A stretch of 64,000 bases of DNA from an uncultured Verrucomicrobiae bacterium (lineage in GTDB: Bacteria > Verrucomicrobiota > Verrucomicrobiia > Limisphaerales > JAFGQR01). Shown piece after piece: positions 56,710 through 64,000 of the stretch; position 1 is the first letter of the stretch, and each line of letters starts with the position of its first letter. The stretch is taken from assembly GCA_963788655.1 (NCBI GenBank), contig CAWBHS010000081.1, positions 32,001 through 96,000 on the forward strand, read 5' to 3'. The notes beneath the pieces are model-generated. The model saw nothing but the letters and a program-made list of their open reading frames with translations, was not told the origin of the DNA and did not search any database. The translations under genes were made by a program, and so were the position numbers.

Positions 56710-57774
56710 TTACCACGATCCCCCTCCCGCAGCAGCGCCACGCGTGTCAACCCACTTCGGAAAACGGGAGCTGGCGATCTTCCGAATTTGGCCGTCGGCT
56801 TCACGAACGATGAACAGCGCGGAAGCCTTGGGATGTTGTTCGATCCAACGCAGTCCTTCCTTTTCTCCCAACACAAACAGGGTGGTGGCCACGCCATCCG
56901 CCCGAAGGCAAGTGTCGGCCACCACCGAGACGCTGTGGAGGCGGTGATGAACGGGCGTGCCGGTGCGCGGATCGATGATGTGCGAATACAAACGCCCTTG
57001 CGCATCCTCGTAAAACCGCCGGTAATCGCCCGACGTGGCAATGGCTTGGTTGCTCACCGAAATGATGGCCGCGAGATCATCGCCACCGAACGCAGCGGGA
57101 TTGGGCGCTTCCACGCCGACGCGCCAGGGTTGTTGCCGCGGGCTCAGGCCATAAGCAACCACTTCACCGCCGATCTCGACGAACACATTGGTGATCCCAT
57201 GATCGCGGATGACGCGCGCAACTTCATCGACGCCAAACCCTTTAGCCACGGCGCTAAGGTTCAATTGCAACTGCGGCAAATCCTTTTGTAATTCGCCAGT
57301 CTCAGTAACGCGGAGATGCTGGCAGCCACAAACTTTGCGCGCTTGGGCCACTTGCTCCGCTGGCGGTGGTGTGAACCGGTCGCCTTGCTGGCCGAACCCC
57401 CAGACGTTGATGAGCGGTCCCAGCGTGGGATCGAACACGCCGTCGGAAGCCCGATTCAATTCAATAGCAAAACGCGTCACCATGGCAAAACCCGCTGCGA
57501 CTTTGAAGGGCGCCGTGGACGTCAAGTTGTTGAACTGCGAGAGTTCGCTGTTGGTCTGGTAGTGCGACATTTGCCGGTTGACCTCTATAAGGCGATTTTC
57601 CACTTCGACTTTGAGTTGCTCGAATTTCGAATCGGTCAGCGCGGTGCGGGCGATCTTAATCGAGTAAGTAGTGCCCATCGTTTCGCCCTGCCAGGCGAAG
57701 TCGCGAGTGGGTGCTTCCGCGCCAATCGCGCCGCGGATGCAAAGCGTGATCAAGACTATCGTCAAAAGCCGCAT
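56710..57774 (-). CDS. apbE: FAD:protein FMN transferase
   Basis: GETMGTTYSI, SELSQFN, FDPTLGPL, LSAVAKGFGVD, VEIGGE, ATSGDYR, HIIDPRTG, ADGVAT. Confidence 0.95.
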   Translation of the reverse strand: MRLLTIVLITLCIRGAIGAEAPTRDFAWQGETMGTTYSIKIARTALTDSKFEQLKVEVENRLIEVNRQMSHYQTNSELSQFNNLTSTAPFKVAAGFAMVTRFAIELNRASDGVFDPTLGPLINVWGFGQQGDRFTPPPAEQVAQARKVCGCQHLRVTETGELQKDLPQLQLNLSAVAKGFGVDEVARVIRDHGITNVFVEIGGEVVAYGLSPRQQPWRVGVEAPNPAAFGGDDLAAIISVSNQAIATSGDYRRFYEDAQGRLYSHIIDPRTGTPVHHRLHSVSVVADTCLRADGVATTLFVLGEKEGLRWIEQHPKASALFIVREADGQIRKIASSRFPKWVDTRGAAAGGGSW

Positions 57775-57843
57775 GCTCCAGTGTGGGGGAGCCGAGGCGG
57801 TCCGGTGCAAGCGAAAAAGCAGTGACTCAGAGTGGCAGCCCGA

Positions 57844-57916
57844 TTCACCGTAAAGACGCGAAGCGCGCAAAGAACGTCGCTGAGTAACTTTGCGCCCTTC
57901 GTGACTTTGCGGTGAA
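57844..57916. repeat. REP-like hairpin TTCACCGTAAAG...CTTTGCGGTGAA
   Basis: Homologous to 44823..44892. Confidence 0.75.
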
Positions 57917-58059
57917 ATGGAGCCGTCCAAGCCCTTTGCGGGCAACCGTTCCGGTTCGCGCGGGACGATGCGCCCCTCATCAAATTCAACTTAGGTCGGC
58001 GGCTACGGCGGCCGCGAAATATCCTGGCCAATGTGTCCGCTGATGCTTGCGGGCCTCAA

Positions 58060-60057
58060 TCACGTTCCCCCCGCGTCCCCGCCGGCAAAGGAAAGGGCCT
58101 CCTCCAGCCACGTGTCGGTGCGCAACACAGTCTTGCGTTGTTTGAAGGTGTGATGTTGGGAGTTGTGTTGCGCCAACACGAAGGCGGCTTGGGCAATTCT
58201 CCGGCGGCCGGGCACGCCGTTGCGAAGGCTGCGCCGCAAGGCATGTTGCAACGATCGCGGCAGGTAGCGGCGGATGAGTTCGTCCTCGGCGCTGACAAAT
58301 GCTTGCGCGCTGCCGGGATCTCCCTGCCGGGCAGAACGACCAAAGAGCTGCCGGTCCACCCGCCCGGACTCGTGGCGTTCGGTGGACAGCACGTGCAATC
58401 CGCCGTTGATCGCCACACCGGCGCCCAGTTTTATGTCCGTACCGCGTCCGGCCATGTTGGTGGCAATGGTGATGCATCCGGGTTCCCCGGCCAGGGCCAC
58501 GATGGCGGCTTCTTCCTGATGGCGCACCGCGTTGAGCAAGCGGAACTCCAGCTTCCGCTCGTGGAGCAAGGTGGCGAGCTTTTCACTGGCCGCCACACTG
58601 CGCGAGCCGACCAGGATTGGGCGACCGACGGTGTGCAGCCGTTCGATTTCCTCGACAATAGCCGTCCATTTGGAATCTTCATCCGCAAACACCCGGTCCG
58701 GCCAATGCTCGCGGATGCACGGCTTGTTGGTCGGGATGGCAACCACTGGGAGCTTGTAGATTTGCCAAAATTCCCCCGCCGCCTCGCGGGCCGTGCCCGA
58801 CATGCCGGCCAAGCGATGAAAGCACCGGAAGAACCGTTGAAAGCTGAGCCGGGCGATGGTTTCGGAGGGATTGGAAATGGTCAATTCTTCCTTGGCTTCG
58901 ATGGCCTGGTGTAAACCCTGACGCCAGGTGCGCTGGGGCATTTGCCGGCCGGTGAATTCATCGACGATGACGATCTTCTCGCTGTCCGCAATGATGTATT
59001 GCTTATCACGATGAAAGAATTCGCGCGCCACCAATGCCTGCCGGATTAATTCGTCCCGCCGGTCCCGGCCCTGCCAAAGCCCGGGCAACGACGCGCAAGC
59101 CGCCGCCACCTTTTCGCGCCCCGGCCGGGTCAATTCGATTTCCCGGTAACGTTGATTGAGCTGGTAGTCCGTTCCGGTTGCCAGGGAGTCCGCAATCTGT
59201 TGGGCGATGGTAACGGCTTGTTCGAGGTTCTCATTTTTCTGCGCCGCGGAGATGATGAGCGGCGTCACCGCTTCGTCCACCAATACGCTGTCCGCTTCGT
59301 CCACAATGGCGGTATATAGGCCCCGCATCACCAAGCCGTCGCGCACCGCCAATTGCGGACGTAGCAACTGACGGATCAATCGGCGTGACGGATGATTCAG
59401 CGTGCCGAGCCGCAACCGGTCGCGCAGAAAGTCCGCCAGCAACTCTTTACTGGTCACGTACGTGATGTCCGCCGCGTAACCCTTCTGGCGGTCTGGCGGC
59501 TCCATCGCACCAGTAACGCAGCCTTCGCGAACGCCGCAAAAGGTGTAGAGCGGCCGCATCCATTTCGCGTCACGCTGAACGAGGTAATCGTTCACCGTCA
59601 CGATGTGGCAGGGGCGCCGGGTCCATCCCGCCAGCACCGCCGCCAGACTGGCCGTCAGCGTCTTGCCTTCGCCGGTGGCCATTTCCGCCAGGTAACCTCG
59701 GTGCAACGCCAACGCCCCCATCAGTTGCACGACGAACGGCCGCAATCCCAGGAGCCGCGCGGCCGCTTCCCGAACGGCCGCCAGCGCCGGCACGACGCAA
59801 TCTTCAACATCTTTCCCGCCCCGACGGAATTGCGCGCGAAACTCCATGAGTTTCTCGTGCAATTGATGATTGGGCAGATCCTGCCAGTGGCCGGCATGCG
59901 CGTCGATGGTTTCGGCGAGGCGGCGCAGGTCCGTCAGAATGTGCGGGCGACGATGGTAATGTCCCGCCACGCTGTGGACCGCCGCGTCCAATCCCTTGAG
60001 CAAACGCGGCGGCGTGCGGTGACTAAAGCGGCGGAATTGCTGAGTGGGCGTGATCAC
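58060..60057 (-). CDS. secA: Short SecA paralog (~665 aa; DEAD motor plus PPXD, C-terminally truncated)
   Basis: EMATGEGKT, VTVNDYL, IVDEADSVLVDEA, VDEFTGR, GLHQAIEAKE, ATNMAGRGTDI, GRSARQGDPG. GTG start inferred 7 bp after the upstream stop. Confidence 0.9.
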   Translation of the reverse strand: MITPTQQFRRFSHRTPPRLLKGLDAAVHSVAGHYHRRPHILTDLRRLAETIDAHAGHWQDLPNHQLHEKLMEFRAQFRRGGKDVEDCVVPALAAVREAAARLLGLRPFVVQLMGALALHRGYLAEMATGEGKTLTASLAAVLAGWTRRPCHIVTVNDYLVQRDAKWMRPLYTFCGVREGCVTGAMEPPDRQKGYAADITYVTSKELLADFLRDRLRLGTLNHPSRRLIRQLLRPQLAVRDGLVMRGLYTAIVDEADSVLVDEAVTPLIISAAQKNENLEQAVTIAQQIADSLATGTDYQLNQRYREIELTRPGREKVAAACASLPGLWQGRDRRDELIRQALVAREFFHRDKQYIIADSEKIVIVDEFTGRQMPQRTWRQGLHQAIEAKEELTISNPSETIARLSFQRFFRCFHRLAGMSGTAREAAGEFWQIYKLPVVAIPTNKPCIREHWPDRVFADEDSKWTAIVEEIERLHTVGRPILVGSRSVAASEKLATLLHERKLEFRLLNAVRHQEEAAIVALAGEPGCITIATNMAGRGTDIKLGAGVAINGGLHVLSTERHESGRVDRQLFGRSARQGDPGSAQAFVSAEDELIRRYLPRSLQHALRRSLRNGVPGRRRIAQAAFVLAQHNSQHHTFKQRKTVLRTDTWLEEALSFAGGDAGGT

Positions 60058-60064
60058 GCGGCGT

Positions 60065-62215
60065 TCACATTTGATACCGCTTTTGCAGAAGTTGGTACAG
60101 ACGACGCATCCAGCGAGGCAGCAGCGGCTCGGGATCGAGATCAAAACGAATCTTGCCGGCGCGTCCATGGACATAGGCGACTTCCGGATCCGTCGGCAAA
60201 TCGGCATGAACTTCAAAAAACGGCTCCGCCGCCTTCGACGGATCCTTCGGCGTGACGGCAACCTCGCCACCCGCGGCCCAGCCCAATGCGGGCGAGGGTA
60301 ATTGCTGTTTGCCGCCAGGAATGACTTCCCAACTTTTGGCGCGAATCATTTCTCCTGCCTGGCCGTACAACCGAATTTCCGCGCCATGAATGTGCCGGGC
60401 AAAAATGGCATCGACATCCGCCTGTTCGACCGTAGCCGTGAACTCAAACGTGGCCGGTTCAACCAACAACCCCAGAGGCGTGCCACGTTCCAACCGCCGT
60501 CCCAGGTAATCCTGAATGCCGGGCGCCACCCAGACGCCGGGCTGCCGAGCCCGAACTACCAAAGACGCGTGATCGGCTTTCAATTTGCGCAAACGCTGCG
60601 TCACGGTTTCCATCCGGCTTTGGAGCGGTTTCAGATTGGCGGTGGCCTCTTTCATGGCCTGACGGAGACGCGCTTCAATTTCCTGGTAACGTGCCTGCGC
60701 GTTGACCAAATCCAGTTCGAGCTCCGGATTGCTCAATTGCACGAGCGCATCATTCGGTCGCACGCGACTGCCTGGCTGGGCCAGCACGGTTTGGACGGTG
60801 CCCGCGACCTCATTCAATACCAACGACCGATCATGCGCCTGAAGAATGCCCGGCGCACGGAAATGGCTGGGAAAGGGAATGACCGCCAGCAATACCAGGA
60901 GCGCTGCCGCCAGGCCCACCGTGGCAGCCACGGCCCGCGGACGGTTCCGATCGAGACGGGGACTGGACGCGAGGTAATGGATGAACTTGCCAACCGGCAC
61001 AATCACCCAGGAGATCAGACAGACGACCGCCATGATGATGCCCAGAATAAAAAAACGGTCGGCGACCAGCAGCAAGATGCCGCCGAAGACAATCACCCGA
61101 TAAATCCCGCTGGCAATGCCGAAGACCACCAGCCAGACGGCCTCGCGGCGATTGTTCGCCGGGCTGTCCTCTTTCTTTAAACCAAACAACCAGCGTTCGG
61201 CATAAAAGCGCAGTTGCCGCATGGCGCGCTGGGAGAGGTTCGGGATTTCGAGCAGGTCGGACAAAATGTAGTAACCATCAAACCGCAGCAACGGATTGAC
61301 GTTGAACACGACCGTGGACACTGACGCGACAAACAACATGTTGTACGCCAGGCTGTGGATGGTGCCGGGCCCAGTGTTTGCCCAGACAAAAACCGCCAGC
61401 GCGGCCACGAACAACTCGACGATCATGCCCGCGCATCCGACCAGGATGCGTTTCCAGCGGCTGCGGAAGGCCCAACTTGAAGTGGCATCCACGTACGGCA
61501 CCGGCGTGAAGATCATGAACAGGATGCCCATGGTGTGAACTTCGCCGCCGAACCGACGGCAGAAAAAGGCATGGCCGAACTCGTGCAGCGTCTTGATGAT
61601 CACCAATCCCGCGTACAGCAGGAACAAGTTGTCCGGCGCCAGCACCGCCTGCGAATGTTCGCGCAGCGTGGAAAAATTGTCGGCTACAACCTTCAATCCC
61701 CACCCGACCACCACCAGCCAGATCAAGGCGCCAATCGGATTGAGCAGCTTGCCCACCAGCGGCATTGCGCGCACCAGAAACCGGTCGGGATCCAGCAGCG
61801 GGATGCGCATGAACATGATGTTCATCAATCGCGCCGCAGTTTCGCGTTGTTTGCGTTTCTTGTACCGGTCGAACAATTGGGCGCTGTCAGCGGCCAGATC
61901 GTATTGCAGCAGGTTGGCGAAATACAATTGGGACAACAACTGGATTACGGCTTCCTGGCCGGGGGCTTCATCGGGGAACCGGTTGAGGCACTGCTGCCAG
62001 GCCTCCTGCACCGTGCAGTCCGGCCGCAAGCGCGCGACGAACTCGTACGCCGCGGGCCGGAGCCGGAAGAACTGGTTGCTGAAGGGATTCTCCAGGACGA
62101 TCCACCGATCCCCTCGATAATTTTGGCGCCGCACCTTGATGCCAGGGCGCAGGTGAATGCGCTGGTTGGCAATGCGGTACCACGACTCACTAAAAGTTGG
62201 AAGACTTTCAGCCAT
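60065..62215 (-). CDS. Fusion protein: PqqD/RRE-like domain, M50 (site-2) metallopeptidase and HlyD-like membrane fusion domain
   Basis: N-terminal winged-helix-like FRLRPAAYEFVARL...TVQEAW; HEFGH; YVDATSSW; NPLLRFDGYY; lipoyl-like GTVQTVLAQPGSRV, coiled coil, VRARQPG. Confidence 0.85.
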   Translation of the reverse strand: MAESLPTFSESWYRIANQRIHLRPGIKVRRQNYRGDRWIVLENPFSNQFFRLRPAAYEFVARLRPDCTVQEAWQQCLNRFPDEAPGQEAVIQLLSQLYFANLLQYDLAADSAQLFDRYKKRKQRETAARLMNIMFMRIPLLDPDRFLVRAMPLVGKLLNPIGALIWLVVVGWGLKVVADNFSTLREHSQAVLAPDNLFLLYAGLVIIKTLHEFGHAFFCRRFGGEVHTMGILFMIFTPVPYVDATSSWAFRSRWKRILVGCAGMIVELFVAALAVFVWANTGPGTIHSLAYNMLFVASVSTVVFNVNPLLRFDGYYILSDLLEIPNLSQRAMRQLRFYAERWLFGLKKEDSPANNRREAVWLVVFGIASGIYRVIVFGGILLLVADRFFILGIIMAVVCLISWVIVPVGKFIHYLASSPRLDRNRPRAVAATVGLAAALLVLLAVIPFPSHFRAPGILQAHDRSLVLNEVAGTVQTVLAQPGSRVRPNDALVQLSNPELELDLVNAQARYQEIEARLRQAMKEATANLKPLQSRMETVTQRLRKLKADHASLVVRARQPGVWVAPGIQDYLGRRLERGTPLGLLVEPATFEFTATVEQADVDAIFARHIHGAEIRLYGQAGEMIRAKSWEVIPGGKQQLPSPALGWAAGGEVAVTPKDPSKAAEPFFEVHADLPTDPEVAYVHGRAGKIRFDLDPEPLLPRWMRRLYQLLQKRYQM

Positions 62216-62323
62216 GCATTGTTCGAATGGACTTTAGGCTAATTGCGCCGCCGATGCAACCTTGCTGCTGCGCGGGCATTGGAAGACCTCAAGAACTATG
62301 AGACTAGTACCGGAAGTAGCATT

Positions 62324-62459
62324 AACCACGGATTTCATGGATTTCACGGATACAAAACCTTGGACGCCCGAGGCGTCGCCAAGTTGCCTCACAATACAGG
62401 TGACCACTCTTCTTCAGGAAAGTTCTTCGCCATCTGTGTAATCCGGGCGATCCGTGGTT
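62324..62459. repeat. 9-nt periodic inverted repeat AACCACGGATTTCA...ATCCGTGGTT
   Basis: Arms at 62324-62352 and 62432-62459. Confidence 0.7.
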
Positions 62460-62479
62460 CCAACTGCTTTGAGGTTCAA

Positions 62480-62706
62480 GTGGTGCGACGGCAGGGGTGC
62501 TGTGGGAAGAAGGCATTTTGAAAAATATTGCTCGCCGAGTTCGCTGACGGTTTGGGGGAAGGAGCATTATGGGGAAGAACGCCGGGCGAGTAAGTGGGAG
62601 CGAGTCGAGCGCACTGTGTCCGCCGAACCGCGCCGTTCGGGCTGCAAAAAGTTGCGCTTGGCGCAGACGCCGACGGAGCAGCGGGTGAAGGTATGGCTGG
62701 CGAATG
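62480..62706 (+). mobile_element. Degraded RAYT-like transposase fragment
   Basis: VRRQGCCGKKAF*KILLAE...EHYGEERRAS...ERTVSAEPRRSG...VKVWLA resembles RRGWCxGxEAFRKELL...HYGEERxES...KVxLA; contains a stop and a frameshift. Confidence 0.55.
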
Positions 62707-62819
62707 GTGACCGGTCAGCCATCTCTAACTTGGCGTGTGCGCGAAAATTTTGGAAAAAGTGAGAACATACTCTTTCAAAAGAACCTTCCAATAACCGGGA
62801 CCGCCCCCTTCACCTTTAC

Positions 62820-62917
62820 GGTGGGATGTGCGCCGACGCGGCGGCAGACGGCCGGGAACCCGCTGTAAACTGGTCACAGGGAGGGGCTGCGTCGGTGCCC
62901 GGGGCCAACCGCCCGCC
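62820..62917 (+). ncRNA. Candidate structured RNA (nested helices plus pseudoknot), family unassigned
   Basis: 13-bp helix 62830-42/62886-98; inner helix 62850-55/62870-75; crossing helix 62863-66/62876-79; closing helix 62820-25/62912-17. All non-Watson-Crick pairs are G-U on the + strand. Confidence 0.5.
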
Positions 62918-63068
62918 CAAAACCCAAACCCCAAAAAACACTGCTTGCCTCGCCGGCGTGCGCGCCTAAAATCCACAAAAATGAACCTTTATGGAAAAGC
63001 AATTCTCCGTGAACCGCGGAGCGTCCAAAAAGCAAATTCCTATCAATTTAATGGAGCGAAGGAGGCAG

Positions 63069-63180
63069 AGTAGGGCCGGCGTCCCGCCGGCCTCAAACGG
63101 AGTTGCTCTCTTCCTGCACCCGGACATGCTGCGTTCCGATCGTGCCCACTCAGTCAACGCTGGGGGACGTCGGCCCTACT
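63069..63180. repeat. REP-like inverted repeat AGTAGGGCCGGCGTCCCGCCGGC...GGGACGTCGGCCCTACT
   Basis: Inverted arms; core shared with 18925..19040. Confidence 0.75.
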
Positions 63181-63196
63181 TTGAGGGAGTGACCGC

Positions 63197-64000
63197 ATGA
63201 GCCTCCATCTGCGACGCGTGGTGATTATTGCAGGCGCGGCGTTCGTGGCCGTCCTGGGACTGATCCTCGTGCTGGGCGGCAACGGGTCGGAAATCACTCT
63301 GGCCGACGGCACGCGCCTCCGCCTGGTCGGCGTGAGCGTGGGCACGAATGAGTTTACGACGGAGCGTCCGTGGTCCCGTGCGGCCCGGCAGATCCTGCCA
63401 CGACGCTTTCAAGAACGGCTTCCACGATCCACCCATGGCGCCTGTTACTCGACGAATGGCATCGCCATCTGGCTGGAGGACTTGGCTCCCGGGTCCCGCA
63501 CTAACGTGGTCCGCAAGTGGGGCTCGGTAGAAACTGTCAGCCGCAACGGAGACGTGCTCACGAGCCAAGACGCTCCGGGACACTATAGCGGCGGCGGTCG
63601 ATGCCAGCCGGTCTTCCTGTCGAAGTTTCCCCGTCGGCAGAAAAGTTTCCTGCTCCGGCTCTACGACCAGAAAGGCCAACTAGCCGGCGAACTAACGGTG
63701 GTAAATCCGTGCCGGGGACCATTCCCCCAATGGAAGGCGGAGACGCCGCCCGTGACCAAGACGAACGGCGATCTGACGGCGACATTCAAAGGGTGGAAGC
63801 GGCTGCTTGAGGAGAGTCCGCCAGGGCGGACCAACCAGAACTTGAAGGCCGATTTTGAGTTCAAATGGGCCGGCGCCCCCACGACCGAATGGGAGCTCGG
63901 CCCGTGTCGGCTCGATGATGCCACGGGCAATTCCGTTGGCGGGCTGTGTCCGGAACTCCCGCTCAGCGAGCCGGTCTGGAGATTGCACGGCTGGTTCGAG
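63197..64000 (+). CDS. Hypothetical membrane-anchored protein, runs off the window end
   Basis: GAGGGAG RBS, ATG 63197, MSLHLRRVVIIAGAAFVAVLGLILVLGG; frame is open to 64000. It is absent from the ORF track because it has no stop. Confidence 0.8.
   Translation, partial: MSLHLRRVVIIAGAAFVAVLGLILVLGGNGSEITLADGTRLRLVGVSVGTNEFTTERPWSRAARQILPRRFQERLPRSTHGACYSTNGIAIWLEDLAPGSRTNVVRKWGSVETVSRNGDVLTSQDAPGHYSGGGRCQPVFLSKFPRRQKSFLLRLYDQKGQLAGELTVVNPCRGPFPQWKAETPPVTKTNGDLTATFKGWKRLLEESPPGRTNQNLKADFEFKWAGAPTTEWELGPCRLDDATGNSVGGLCPELPLSEPVWRLHGWFE

Noticed and set aside
60058..60270. N-terminal extension of SecA given by the ORF track
   Set aside because: Overlaps the M50-HlyD gene by ~200 bp and is low-complexity; GTG 60057 is a more plausible start.
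62828..62834. GTGCGCC as a group II intron 5' end
   Set aside because: No domain V and no RT/maturase ORF follows.

Overview
A roughly 60% GC bacterial window, most likely Verrucomicrobiota (Pedosphaera/Limisphaera-like). This is inferred from the DUF1553/DUF1501 pair, the kdsC-lptC/A-lptB-hprK-ptsH order and the style of the intergenic palindromes. Many genes, including housekeeping ones, carry single-base indels, so the assembly is probably unpolished long-read. In order the window holds: an M23 peptidase; a patch of gene fragments with a tandem 198-bp palindromic element; a TIGR02574/RelE-ParE toxin-antitoxin pair; DUF1501 plus a PSD1/DUF1553 protein; a stress cluster (yciF behind a sigma54 promoter, a deleted GH15 remnant, and a sigma54 activator-ku-ligD operon); an NMP kinase-like gene, NlpC/P60, DUF1080, rlmN and hisH; a GEVED/IgGFc-binding surface protein; a giant (~6100 aa) LEPR-XLL/RTX/Calx-beta protein; an ABC-2 permease; a decayed secreted-protein plus outer-membrane barrel pair; the kdsC-lpt-hprK-HPr cluster; fabI, MFS, FmdB-type and apbE genes; and an operon of a PqqD/RRE-M50-HlyD fusion with a truncated SecA paralog. 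The best candidate for a poorly described system is a dedicated SecA-paralog/M50-HlyD export machine for the giant LEPR-XLL protein. Other candidates are a pseudoknotted ncRNA at ~62.8 kb, a barrel plus C-terminal-domain pairing, and sigma54-linked NHEJ/stress genes. I recognised no rRNA, tRNA or CRISPR array. All family calls are by motif recognition only; no searches were run.
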